Translations under genes and position numbers: made by a program
Shown here: positions 38,866-48,570 of the stretch, piece by piece
How the letters are laid out: each line of letters opens with the position of its first letter
Numbering within the stretch: position 1 is the first letter of the stretch
Notes under the pieces: model-generated
Database searches by the model: none
Seen by the model: only the letters and a program-made list of their open reading frames with translations
What the model was told of the DNA's origin: nothing
Assembly: GCA_051875415.1 (NCBI GenBank)
Contig: JBJEGU010000047.1
Location: 48,689-112,688, forward strand
From: Marinilabiliaceae bacterium
Lineage (GTDB): Bacteria; Bacteroidota; Bacteroidia; Bacteroidales; Marinilabiliaceae
Length of the DNA stretch: 64,000 bases
Direction: 5' to 3'

Positions 38866-39591
38866 CTAAGTGTAGAGTCCGCCGTTGATGGAAATGACCT
38901 CGCCTGTTATGTAGCTCGCCCTGTTCGACGCGAGGAACGCCACGAGGTCGGCTACCTCCTCAGGCTCGCCGAAGCGGTTGGCGGGGATGGTCTTCTTGAG
39001 GCTGGCCTCGTCGAGATCCTTGGTCATGTCGGAGTGGATGAAGCCCGGGGCGACGGCGTTGACCGTCACGCCTTTGCGGGCGACCTCCTGGGCCAGGGCC
39101 TTGGTGGCGGCCATAAGCCCGCCTTTCGATGCCGAGTAGTTCGTCTGGCCGGGGAGTCCCTTAAGGCCGCTGAGCGACACCATGTTGACGATGCGGCCCC
39201 ACTTCTTGACAAGCATGGGCTGGAGGAGGGGCTGGGTGACATTGTAGAAGCCGTCGAGCGTGATGCGGAGGACCTGGCTCCAATCCTCGTAGGGCATAAA
39301 GACCATGAGGTTGTCGCGCCTGATGCCGGCGTTGTTGACCACCACCGCTATATATTCGCCGGGGTGGGCGGCTTGCCATCCCTCGATGGCCTTCTGCGCC
39401 TCGTCGCGGTTGGCCACGTCGAAGGGCAGAAGCTCACCGTCCGAGCCCGCCTCGCGCACCTTGGCGAGTGTATCCTCGGCCTCGGCCTGGCCCTTGCGGA
39501 AGTTTATTATTATGGTGTAGCCCTCTTTCGCGAGTGCCACACAGACAGCGCGGCCAAGACCGCGGCTGCCGCCTGTTACCAGTGCGTACAT
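38866..39591 (-). CDS. fabG: 3-oxoacyl-ACP reductase (SDR)
   Basis: TGGSRGLG NAD(P)-binding motif, NNAG motif and catalytic YSASKGG. 241 aa. Confidence 0.88.
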   Translation of the reverse strand: MYALVTGGSRGLGRAVCVALAKEGYTIIINFRKGQAEAEDTLAKVREAGSDGELLPFDVANRDEAQKAIEGWQAAHPGEYIAVVVNNAGIRRDNLMVFMPYEDWSQVLRITLDGFYNVTQPLLQPMLVKKWGRIVNMVSLSGLKGLPGQTNYSASKGGLMAATKALAQEVARKGVTVNAVAPGFIHSDMTKDLDEASLKKTIPANRFGEPEEVADLVAFLASNRASYITGEVISINGGLYT

Positions 39592-39711
39592 ATTTGTTTT
39601 TTAGTCTGTTAGCTTTTGCGGCGCAGACTCAGGCTCTCGCCCCGAAGCCGCTCCGCGGATGCGAAAGTACTAAGTTTTCCTCTAATATCCTTATCAGCAG
39701 GCCACTGCGCC

Positions 39712-40104
39712 CTACTCCATAAGGCCGCGGGCGGGCGATACGGAGATGATGCTGTCCACCACGTAGACGCTCATGCCGCGCCAGGGCAGAGCGTTCTTAT
39801 ACTCCTTGTAGTGAAGCTCAAGGTGCTTGCCCGAGCAGCGCATGAGCGAGTCCGCCACATGCTTGTTGTCGACGGAGAACTCGAATGTGTTCGACTCGAT
39901 GCCCGAGGCGGCTCCCGCCACGCCGCGCAGCCCCGACTGTATGAGCTTGCCCTCGTAGGTCTTGAATATGTAGCCCTTGTGGGTGATGTAGTTGAGCTCG
40001 CCGGCCTTCACACCGTCGGCGAACACCCAGTAGTACCTGAAGCCGACAATCCCGGCTATGAGCAGGACTATGACGAGTCCTGCTGTCAGTGCGATCTTTT
40101 TCAT
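39712..40104 (-). CDS. hypothetical membrane-anchored protein
   Basis: N-terminal TM helix MKKIALTAGLVIVLLIAGIVGF. No family recognised. Confidence 0.5.
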   Translation of the reverse strand: MKKIALTAGLVIVLLIAGIVGFRYYWVFADGVKAGELNYITHKGYIFKTYEGKLIQSGLRGVAGAASGIESNTFEFSVDNKHVADSLMRCSGKHLELHYKEYKNALPWRGMSVYVVDSIISVSPARGLME

Positions 40105-40147
40105 CTTTCTTGCTCTTGCCCGGTGAGGGTGGCCCGCCGGGTCTCTA

Positions 40148-40801
40148 TCAAATGTTAAGGTAGTCCATCAGGGAGTCGTAGTTGCGCCTCAGGATGTCGT
40201 CGCCCTCGCTGAGAGCGTAGCCGCCGGAGTAGGCCGTGGCGTCGTAGCCGTGCCTTTCGAGCGATTCTATGACCGGGAAAGGGTCGGGCTGCGCAATCTT
40301 GACGTAGGCCGTGGCGGTGTCGGCGTCGGCGCTCGATGTGATGCTGAGGATTCTGGCCCCGGCCATCTCTATCGTGCTGGCCAGTCGGCCTATCTCGTAG
40401 TCGGCCGCGCGCATGGCCACGGCTATCGAGGCTCCCGGCGCGTCGGCTCCCAGGAGCGAGGTCGTCAGCTTGAGCGTCAATTGCCTGTCGGCCACGCCCA
40501 CAGTCTGTCCGCCGCGGTCCACTACGGCCACCGTGTCGGCGTCCTGCTCGGCGAAAAGCCTCAGCAGGGCTGACGGCGAGTCGGCCGCTGCGACAGGCTC
40601 GGCGGCCGTGGCCTCGTCGGCGCACGTGGCTTCGGGCCGGGCGCATGCGCTGGCCGCCAGCATGCCGACGTAGCGGCCGTCGCTGTCGCTCACTGGCAGG
40701 CGGCTTCTCCCGCTGCGCCGGATTTTCGCCACGCCTGCCGCGAGTGGCTCGGCCGACCCTATCGGCTCGGCATCGACCATTACTTTGTCTAACGTCAACA
40801 T
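40148..40801 (-). CDS. CBS-pair domain protein with an ACT-like C-terminus
   Basis: I chose the internal Met (aa 24 of track ORF 40148..40870, which uses a TTG start). The layout is AcuB-like. The exact start is uncertain. Confidence 0.55.
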   Translation of the reverse strand: MLTLDKVMVDAEPIGSAEPLAAGVAKIRRSGRSRLPVSDSDGRYVGMLAASACARPEATCADEATAAEPVAAADSPSALLRLFAEQDADTVAVVDRGGQTVGVADRQLTLKLTTSLLGADAPGASIAVAMRAADYEIGRLASTIEMAGARILSITSSADADTATAYVKIAQPDPFPVIESLERHGYDATAYSGGYALSEGDDILRRNYDSLMDYLNI

Positions 40802-40954
40802 TCTTTTCTCCTCTTTTCTGAAGAATAGCGTATATTTGCGTCTCATGTCGGCCGCGATTACGCCTCGCAATTTTACTTTTTTATCGGCGTATGGGCAAAT
40901 TGTTTCGCCCTTTTTTGCCCGCGGCCCATCGTAACAATCAACAGACAGATTCAG

Positions 40955-41680
40955 ATGGCAAAGCTAAGTGTCAACATCAACAAAATCGCAACAATTCGCA
41001 ACGCCAGAGGCGGCAACTCACCCGATGTCGTCAAGGCCGCGCTCGACATTGAAGGCTTCGGCGCCGACGGCATAACCGTCCACCCGAGGCCCGACGAGAG
41101 GCACATACGCTACGCCGACGTCCTCAACCTCAAGCCCGTCCTCTCTACAGAGTTCAACATCGAGGGCAACCCCATCCCCAAGTTCATGGACCTTGTGCTG
41201 AGCGTCCGCCCCACTCAGGTGACGCTCGTCCCCGATGCCCCCGACGCCCTCACGAGCTGCGCGGGCTGGAATACCAGGGACAACCAGGACTTCCTTTCCG
41301 ACATCGTCTCCCGGCTCAAGGATGCTGGCATCCGCACGTCCATATTCGTCGACCCCGACCCCGAGATGGTCAGCTATGCGGCCAAGACGGGCACCGACCG
41401 CGTCGAACTCTACACCGAACCCTACGCCTCGGCCTATGCCGCCGACCCCGAGAAAGCCGTTGCGCCGTTTGTCGCCGCCGCGACAGAGGCAAAGAAGCTC
41501 GGCCTGCAAGTAAACGCGGGGCATGACCTGAGCCTCGTCAACCTCGACTTCTTCCTCAAGAAGATACCCTTCGTCAAAGAGGTCTCGATAGGCCATCAGC
41601 TCATATGCGACGCCCTCTATCTCGGACTCAAGGATACCGTGGCACAGTATAAGAAAATTGCTGAGGCTCAGAGGCCTTAA
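40955..41680 (+). CDS. pdxJ: pyridoxine 5'-phosphate synthase
   Basis: [17 protein letters not shown] and HPRPDERHI. 241 aa. Confidence 0.93.
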   Translation: MAKLSVNINKIATIRNARGGNSPDVVKAALDIEGFGADGITVHPRPDERHIRYADVLNLKPVLSTEFNIEGNPIPKFMDLVLSVRPTQVTLVPDAPDALTSCAGWNTRDNQDFLSDIVSRLKDAGIRTSIFVDPDPEMVSYAAKTGTDRVELYTEPYASAYAADPEKAVAPFVAAATEAKKLGLQVNAGHDLSLVNLDFFLKKIPFVKEVSIGHQLICDALYLGLKDTVAQYKKIAEAQRP

Positions 41681-41710
41681 TAGACTGACCTCCTCCCCTC
41701 ATCTCTCCAC

Positions 41711-44700
41711 ATGCGCCTTATCAAGCTATTCTCGGCTCTTATCCTCTTTCTCGCCATCTGCCCCGCGCTCTTAGCCGACGGGCGGGCGGCTTCGTCGGTC
41801 CTCGCCTCGGGCGCATGGCGCAAGGTGTCGGTCGAGAAGACGGGCGTCTACCGCATCACCCGCTCACAGCTCGCCCAGATGGGCTTCTCGGACCCTGCTT
41901 CCGTGAGGGTCTATGGCGCGGGCGGGCGGCAGCTCTCATTTACCGTAGGGTCCGACAGCCGCGACGACCTCTACCTCCTCCCCGCCGAGCATACGGCCGA
42001 CGGGCTGGTCTTCTTCGCCGAGGGCCCCGACGGCTGGAGCGTCAGCTCCTCGGGTGTCTACTCCCCAAGTCTTAACTCCTATTCGCGCAAGGCGTATTAT
42101 TACCTCACCACAGGCGACGGATCCGACTCCCCCGCGGCCGCGTCCGTCCCCGACGACACCTCTTCCGCCGCCCCCGTCTCCACGTTCGACAACCGTTTCG
42201 TCTATGCCACGCAGGCCGTCAACGCCGGCACCATGGGCCGCTACTGGTTCTCCGACAAGCTGACGGCCGATAAGTCGTCGGTCACCATCCCTGTCGGGAT
42301 GGCATGCGAAGAGGGCGCGAGCGTCAGCCTGAGCTACTACCTCGGCTCCGTGCTGCGCTCGGCCAGCGCGCTGTCGGTGTCGGTCGACGGTCGCCAGGTC
42401 GTCTCGTCGACTTTGCCCGCGCGTAGTAGCGAGGACTATAATTATGTGGCTCTCTCGGCCACGGAGTCGTTCGCCGCGCAGTCCTCTTCCATCGGCAGGT
42501 GCGTGGTCTCGGTGGCCATCCCGTCTTCTTCGTCGTCGGCCTATCTTGGCTCTGTCGCCCTTGTGGCAAAAGCCCCGCTTGCGCTTCAAGGCTCTGAGCT
42601 GCAGTTCCGTACCGCTGAGCAGATGACCACTGCGTCGGCAGCTGTCAGGTTCTCTGTCTCCAACGCCCCGTCCGATGTCCGCGTCTGGGATGTCACCACG
42701 CCATGGGATCCGCGGCAGTGCGACGTGTCGCTGTCTGGCGGCGTGGCCAGTGTGACGGCACCTGCGGGCTCTCTCCGTGAGTATGTGGCGTTCTCGCCCA
42801 CGGGCTCATTCCCATCGCCAACCGACGAGGGGGCTGTCTCCAACCACGACCTCCATTCCCATTCCTCCGTCAACTATCTCGTTGTCACAGCTCCCGCGTT
42901 CCAGTCTTACGCCGAGCGACTGTGCAGCCTCCACTCGCGCCTGCAAGGGCTCTCGTCGCGCATTGTGATGGTCGACGACATATATGACGAGTTCTCCGCC
43001 GGGCGCGCCGAGGCCACGGCCATCCGCGACTACATTAAGATGCTCTACGACAAGGGCAAAGGCACCGACAGCCAACTCGCCTATGTGCTTCTCCTGGGCG
43101 CAGGCTCTTATGACAATTTCGACCGCTCGCAGGCGCAGAACGTCATCCCCACCTACCAGAGCGCGGCCTCGAACAGCATCCTCACAAGCTATTGCACCGA
43201 CGACTTTTTCGGCTGGCTCGACAAAGGCGCGGCCGCGTCCGACATCCGTTCCTTAGTCCGCGTCGGCATAGGCCGAATACCATGCACCACCGCCGCTATG
43301 GCCGAGGCCTACACTTCTAAGGTCGAGGCCTATATGTCCGACCCTGTCCAAGGCGATTGGCGCGCAAAGGCGGTTTTTATTGGGCAGTCGGGCGATGAGA
43401 ACGAGCATGTGGGCTACGCCGAGCGTCAGGCAGAGTACTTTGAGGAGGAGAACCCGGATATGGACGTCGTCCGCATTTTCTCCGAGAGCTATACGCGCGT
43501 CGTTTCGTCGACCGGCACTTCCTACCCTCTGGCAGCCGCCACTGCGCATAATTATCTCAGCGACGGCTGCTCGCTTTTCCACTACACGGGTCATGCCGGG
43601 GCTGCCCAGACGGGTGAGGGTTATTTTAATCGCGACATAGCTCAATCTCTCACCAACGGGGGCAAGAATTTCCTGCTCGTGGCGGCCACCTGCCAGTTCG
43701 CCCCGTTCGACCGCACCTCAGGCTCCTGCTCGCAGGACGCCCTTTTCAACGCCGCCGGCGGCGCGATAGCCGTCTTCGCCTCCACGCGCGACAGCTACGG
43801 AAGCCCCAACTATCAGGTCACGCGCCTCTTTGTCAAGAACGCCTACGCCTCCGACGGGCAGTCGGGCCGCCAGACTTTCGGCCGCGCCATGATGCGCGCT
43901 AAGGTGGGCGGCCCCCGCGCCATCAACACGCTCAAGTACGTCCTCCTCGGCGACCCCGCCCTCGTGGTCTCCACCCCGTCCGAGCTTTACGTCTCGCTCG
44001 ACTCCGTCAACGGCGTGGCGCGCGAGGATGTCGTCCTGCCAGTCCGCGCTCTCGAAAGCAGCACCGTGAGCTGCTCCGTGCGCAATGCCGACGGCTCCGT
44101 GGCCGAGTCTTTCTCCGGACGGGCTACCGTGTCGCTCTATGACAAGAGGATAGCCCGCTCCACGTCAGGGCTCGCCAGTGGCACACCTTTCTCTTACGAG
44201 GAGTGGGGCGCTAAGATTTTCTCGGGTGAGGTTGAGGTGAAGGACGGACGTTTCGACGCGTCGTTCATCCTCTCCAAAGAGTTCGACCTCTCGGTCGGCT
44301 ATGGTCGCCTCACGGCCTATGCCGTCGGTGATGACGGGCGCGACGCTCTTGGCGCGGTGGATGATGTTCTCGTGGGCGGCTTTGCCGACACCGACCTTGA
44401 TGACGACGAGGGCCCGACAATCAAAGCCTGGGTCGACTACGAGCGCGACGCCGATGGCAATGTCGTGGGCGACACGCCATACCTCTACGCGGAGATATCC
44501 GACGAGCAGGGGGTGAACACGTCCGGTCAGGGCGTGGGCCACGACATCTCGCTCGTCATCGACGACGACCGCTTCAACGCCATCTCGCTCAATGACTATT
44601 TCTCCTACGCCGTAGGGAGCCACACGTCTGGCACTCTCGCCTACCCTCTCTCCATTGTCGCCGGCTCGCGCGTGACCTTGACCCTCAAGGCGTGTGACAA

Positions 44701-45031
44701 CCTCAACAACTCCTCGGCTGTGACCATCGAGGCCGACCTTACGGGCTCGGCGTATGCCGAGGTGGGAGTCGTGAGGTCCGACGGGTGCCTTGACCTCGCT
44801 ATTTCGACCAACGCCCCGTCGGGTGAGGCAAGCGTTTCAGCCTCGGTCTATTCATTCGATGGCAGACTTATGGCCTCAGGCTCGTCCAATGAGCTGATTC
44901 GTAACGGGAAGTGCGACATAAGTCTCTTCTCCGGCTCTCTTCCAGGCGGCGTCTACGTCTTGCGCTGTCAGGTGCGGACTGCCGTGAAAAAGATGACCGT
45001 CTCAAAAAAAATATTCATCAAAGCACAATAA
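41711..45031 (+). CDS. porU: type IX secretion system sortase PorU (C25 peptidase family)
   Basis: 1106 aa with a signal peptide. Gingipain-type catalytic His (FHYTGHAG) and Cys (LLVAATCQFAPFD). CTD-like C-terminus. Followed immediately by porV. Confidence 0.85.
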   Translation: MRLIKLFSALILFLAICPALLADGRAASSVLASGAWRKVSVEKTGVYRITRSQLAQMGFSDPASVRVYGAGGRQLSFTVGSDSRDDLYLLPAEHTADGLVFFAEGPDGWSVSSSGVYSPSLNSYSRKAYYYLTTGDGSDSPAAASVPDDTSSAAPVSTFDNRFVYATQAVNAGTMGRYWFSDKLTADKSSVTIPVGMACEEGASVSLSYYLGSVLRSASALSVSVDGRQVVSSTLPARSSEDYNYVALSATESFAAQSSSIGRCVVSVAIPSSSSSAYLGSVALVAKAPLALQGSELQFRTAEQMTTASAAVRFSVSNAPSDVRVWDVTTPWDPRQCDVSLSGGVASVTAPAGSLREYVAFSPTGSFPSPTDEGAVSNHDLHSHSSVNYLVVTAPAFQSYAERLCSLHSRLQGLSSRIVMVDDIYDEFSAGRAEATAIRDYIKMLYDKGKGTDSQLAYVLLLGAGSYDNFDRSQAQNVIPTYQSAASNSILTSYCTDDFFGWLDKGAAASDIRSLVRVGIGRIPCTTAAMAEAYTSKVEAYMSDPVQGDWRAKAVFIGQSGDENEHVGYAERQAEYFEEENPDMDVVRIFSESYTRVVSSTGTSYPLAAATAHNYLSDGCSLFHYTGHAGAAQTGEGYFNRDIAQSLTNGGKNFLLVAATCQFAPFDRTSGSCSQDALFNAAGGAIAVFASTRDSYGSPNYQVTRLFVKNAYASDGQSGRQTFGRAMMRAKVGGPRAINTLKYVLLGDPALVVSTPSELYVSLDSVNGVAREDVVLPVRALESSTVSCSVRNADGSVAESFSGRATVSLYDKRIARSTSGLASGTPFSYEEWGAKIFSGEVEVKDGRFDASFILSKEFDLSVGYGRLTAYAVGDDGRDALGAVDDVLVGGFADTDLDDDEGPTIKAWVDYERDADGNVVGDTPYLYAEISDEQGVNTSGQGVGHDISLVIDDDRFNAISLNDYFSYAVGSHTSGTLAYPLSIVAGSRVTLTLKACDNLNNSSAVTIEADLTGSAYAEVGVVRSDGCLDLAISTNAPSGEASVSASVYSFDGRLMASGSSNELIRNGKCDISLFSGSLPGGVYVLRCQVRTAVKKMTVSKKIFIKAQ

Positions 45032-45092
45032 CCACGCAAATCCGGCGTTATAAGTAAGTAGCTCGTTTTTGCAAAAATCTTCTACCAGTCTC

Positions 45093-46268
45093 ATGAGGTC
45101 CCTTTTCCCAGCCCTTGCGGTCGCCCTGACCCTTGCGGCGCCCATATCAGCCCTTGCGCAGGACGACGACTCCGAGTCGACAACCATGCCCAGGGAGTAC
45201 AACCCAATCCCGTCGAGCGTCCAGATGCTCAACATCGCCCCCGAGGCGCGCGGTACTTCTATGGGCGATGCCGGCGTGGCGTCGACGCCAGACATCAATT
45301 CGCAATATTGGAACCCCGCGAAGTATATCCGAATGGACAGCAAGTGCGGCGCATCGCTCTCCGTCACACCCTGGCTGCGCAACATCATCTCGGACATCAA
45401 CCTCTTCAGCCTCATGGGCTACTACAAGGTGAATGACCGCAACTGCGTCAGTATGGGTGTGCGCTACTTCTCGCTCGGCGACCTCGTCTTCTACAACGAC
45501 AATGGCGATGAGGACGGCACTTACAAGCCAAACGAGTTCGCCATCGACGCGGCCTACTCGCTCGCCCTCTCCAAGACGTTCTCCGGAGCCATCGCACTCC
45601 GCTACATCCACTCCGACCTCGGCTTCGAGTTCAATGACGACGGCTACTCTAAGGGCAACGCCTTCGCCGCCGACATCGCCTTCTACTTCAAGAAGCCCAT
45701 CAAGGTGGCGGGCAACGGCGCCGACATCATGGCCGGCATCAACATCTCGAACATTGGCTCGAAGATCTCGTATGACGACGGCGTGACCAACGAGTATCTC
45801 CCCGCCAACCTCCGCCTCGGTGTCGGTTTCTGGTACGAGATTGACAAGTATAACAAGATCGGCGGAACAGTCGACTTCAACAAGCTCCTCGTCCCCACGC
45901 CCGACTATCGCGACAATGCCGACTACGAGGCCCGCCAGAAGTACTACGACAAGTCCGTCATATCCTCCATCTTCTCAAGTTTCACCGATGCGCCTCGCGG
46001 CGGCAAGGAGGAGCTTGAGGAGATTGACATCTGCGCCGGCATCGAGTACACATATAATAATATGTTCTCCGCGCGCTTCGGCTATCATAACAACCCCGAC
46101 AACAAGGGCGGCCTCAAGTACTGCTCGGCCGGCCTGGGCATAAAGTACCAGATGATTGACATCGCGGCAAGCTACATCTTCGCCGTTGGCGACCATCAGA
46201 GCAACGAGGCTCTGGCCAACACTGTCCGCATAACCCTCGGCTTCGATATCGCCAAGGTGCTCCGATAG
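45093..46268 (+). CDS. porV: T9SS outer-membrane shuttle protein PorV (LptO)
   Basis: I chose the ATG at aa 9 of the track ORF (which starts with TTG), giving signal peptide MRSLFPALAVALTLAAPISALAQ. The N-terminal motif is IAPEARGTSMGDAGVAS. FadL-like beta-barrel. Adjacent to porU. Confidence 0.85.
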   Translation: MRSLFPALAVALTLAAPISALAQDDDSESTTMPREYNPIPSSVQMLNIAPEARGTSMGDAGVASTPDINSQYWNPAKYIRMDSKCGASLSVTPWLRNIISDINLFSLMGYYKVNDRNCVSMGVRYFSLGDLVFYNDNGDEDGTYKPNEFAIDAAYSLALSKTFSGAIALRYIHSDLGFEFNDDGYSKGNAFAADIAFYFKKPIKVAGNGADIMAGINISNIGSKISYDDGVTNEYLPANLRLGVGFWYEIDKYNKIGGTVDFNKLLVPTPDYRDNADYEARQKYYDKSVISSIFSSFTDAPRGGKEELEEIDICAGIEYTYNNMFSARFGYHNNPDNKGGLKYCSAGLGIKYQMIDIAASYIFAVGDHQSNEALANTVRITLGFDIAKVLR

Positions 46269-46331
46269 AGGGTCTTAACCCGATAGAGTCCGTAAAGCGG
46301 AACCCAATTCTGACACACAAATATTCGCAGC

Positions 46332-46811
46332 ATGAAAATACGCGTAGGCTTCGGCTATGACGTCCATCGCATCGAGGACGGGCTGCCTATGACCATCGGC
46401 GGAGTCAGCGTCCCCTACGAGAGGGGCTGGGTCGCCCATTCCGACGGCGACGTCCTCATCCATGCCATATGCGACGCCCTGCTCGGCGCCGCCAACATGA
46501 GGGACATAGGCTTCCACTTTCCCGACAATAGCGACGAGTTCAAGGGCATCGACAGCAAGATAATACTCGCCAAGACTATTGACATCATCGCCACCAAGGG
46601 CTACCGCGTCGGCAATGTCGACTGTACCATAGCCCTCCAGAAGCCCAAGCTCATGCCCCTTATCCCCCTCATGGAGCAGACACTCGCCCGCGTCATGGGT
46701 GTCGACGACGATTGCGTCTCCGTCAAAGCCACAACCACCGAGAAGCTTGGTTTCGAGGGAAGGGGTGAGGGAGGCTCGGCCTACGCTGTGGCTCTCATTG
46801 AAAAAGATTGA
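46332..46811 (+). CDS. ispF: 2-C-methyl-D-erythritol 2,4-cyclodiphosphate synthase
   Basis: IRVGFGYDVHR and HSDGDVLIHAICDALLGA. 159 aa. Confidence 0.95.
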   Translation: MKIRVGFGYDVHRIEDGLPMTIGGVSVPYERGWVAHSDGDVLIHAICDALLGAANMRDIGFHFPDNSDEFKGIDSKIILAKTIDIIATKGYRVGNVDCTIALQKPKLMPLIPLMEQTLARVMGVDDDCVSVKATTTEKLGFEGRGEGGSAYAVALIEKD

Positions 46812-46936
46812 GACGCGGGAAACAGTTTTTCGCCGAATTTCGTAGATACGTGCGAATGAATTTTTACCTTTGTGGCTCAGATTGCCTGCCTCCTTTCGCA
46901 GGCTTCGCAAAACTCCGAAATAAGAAGTTGTCTACT

Positions 46937-48508
46937 ATGATACACCAAGTCAACAAGTTCGCCCTCGGCGCTGCGGCGATAGCCGTCTCGCTGACGCTCC
47001 TTACCTCCTGCTTCGGCGGTAAGTCTGGCGGGCGTTCGGGTGACCGTTCTACTGCCACTGGCTGGCTTTACAACGACCCGACCTACGGCGGATATGAGTA
47101 TAAGGTCGGCTATGAGCAGGAGACAGGCCCCGGCCTCGTCTTCATCGAGGGCGGCACTTTCGTGATGGGCCGTGTCGAGCAGGACGTCATGTATTGCAAC
47201 AACGCTACTCCTCGCCGTGCCACGGTCACCTCTTTCTATATGGACCAGTATGAGGTCAGCAACGCCAACTACCGCGAGTGGCTCTACTGGATTAACAAGG
47301 TCTTCCGCGAGAACCGCTTCGTCTATCAGGACGCCCTCCCCGACACTCTCGTCTGGCGCAGGCCCCTTGCCTACAACGAGCCCTACGTCGAGAACTACCT
47401 CCGCCACCCGGCCTACGCCGACTACCCTGTGGTAGGCGTCAACTGGGAGCAGGCCAACAAGTACTGCTCTTGGCGTACCGATCGCGTCAACGAGAACATT
47501 CTCTACGAGAAAGGCATCATAGAGCTCACGGTCAACGACCAGAGCGAGCGCGACAACTTCAATACCGAAGCCTACCTTGTTGGCCAGTTCGATGTCACTG
47601 ACGGCGAGAAGCCTATGGAGGATCTTGGAAATGAGGGTCAGACAAGGCGCGTGCGCAGCGACGATGGCATCTTCCTCCCCAAGTACGAATTGCCTACTGA
47701 GGCTCAGTGGGAGTTCGCAGCTCTCGGCCTTATAGGCAACACTCAGGACGAGCGTATGACTGACAGGCGCATCTATCCGTGGAACTCCCACGTAGTCCGT
47801 AACCCGGACGATGCCGTCCGTGGCCGTATGATGGCCAACTTCGTCCGTGGCAATGGCGACTATATGGGTACCGCAGGCAACCTCAACGATAAGGGTGACA
47901 TCACCGTCCCCGTCGACTCCTATTGGCCCAACGATTACGGCCTCTACTGCATGGCTGGCAATGTCAATGAGTGGGTTCGCGATGTCTATCGTCCTCTCAC
48001 TTTCGACGATGCCGACGAACTTAACCCCTTCCGTGGCAATGTGTTTGAGCATAAGGTCGTTGACGAGACCGGTGTGCCAGTCGAGAAGGACTCCATCGGA
48101 CACCTCCGCACGGAGCAGGAGAAGGCAAGCGATATAGCCGACCGTTGGAACTATCGCGACGCCTACGCCATCAACTACCTCGATGGCGATAGCAAGACCA
48201 CCCTCGGTAGCGACGACTGGACAGCCTCGCAGACTGGCACTAACGATATGTACGGTGGCCTGCCTACGATGAGCGAGAATGGGCAAGGCGAGTACACCAC
48301 TCCCGATGCCACCAAGCAGCTTGGTAACCTCATCACTGATAAGATGCGCGTATACAAGGGCGGCGGATGGCGCGACCGCGCTTACTGGCTCAGCCCTGGC
48401 ACACGCCGCTGGCTCGACCAGCGCGAGAGCCGCGACGACATCGGCTTCCGTTGCGCGATGGTTCGTGTAGGCTCTCCTGAGCAGAACGGCAGAAGCCAGT
48501 CCCGCTAA
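46937..48508 (+). CDS. gldJ: GldJ-like (GldJ/PorK family) T9SS/gliding lipoprotein with an FGE-sulfatase fold
   Basis: Internal ATG giving the lipoprotein signal ...SLTLLTSCFGG. FGE-domain motifs include YPVVGVNWEQA, NVNEWV, YKGGGWRD and IGFRCAM. Its position next to porU/porV matches the Flavobacterium arrangement as I recall it. Confidence 0.75.
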   Translation: MIHQVNKFALGAAAIAVSLTLLTSCFGGKSGGRSGDRSTATGWLYNDPTYGGYEYKVGYEQETGPGLVFIEGGTFVMGRVEQDVMYCNNATPRRATVTSFYMDQYEVSNANYREWLYWINKVFRENRFVYQDALPDTLVWRRPLAYNEPYVENYLRHPAYADYPVVGVNWEQANKYCSWRTDRVNENILYEKGIIELTVNDQSERDNFNTEAYLVGQFDVTDGEKPMEDLGNEGQTRRVRSDDGIFLPKYELPTEAQWEFAALGLIGNTQDERMTDRRIYPWNSHVVRNPDDAVRGRMMANFVRGNGDYMGTAGNLNDKGDITVPVDSYWPNDYGLYCMAGNVNEWVRDVYRPLTFDDADELNPFRGNVFEHKVVDETGVPVEKDSIGHLRTEQEKASDIADRWNYRDAYAINYLDGDSKTTLGSDDWTASQTGTNDMYGGLPTMSENGQGEYTTPDATKQLGNLITDKMRVYKGGGWRDRAYWLSPGTRRWLDQRESRDDIGFRCAMVRVGSPEQNGRSQSR

Positions 48509-48532
48509 ATAGGCTTGCTTGCAAAATATTAA

Positions 48533-48570
48533 GTCCTCGTGGCTATCTGGCTACGAGGACTTTTGTTTTT
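48533..48570 (+). terminator. intrinsic terminator after gldJ
   Basis: GTCCTCGTGGC...GCTACGAGGAC followed by TTTTGTTTTT. Confidence 0.6.
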
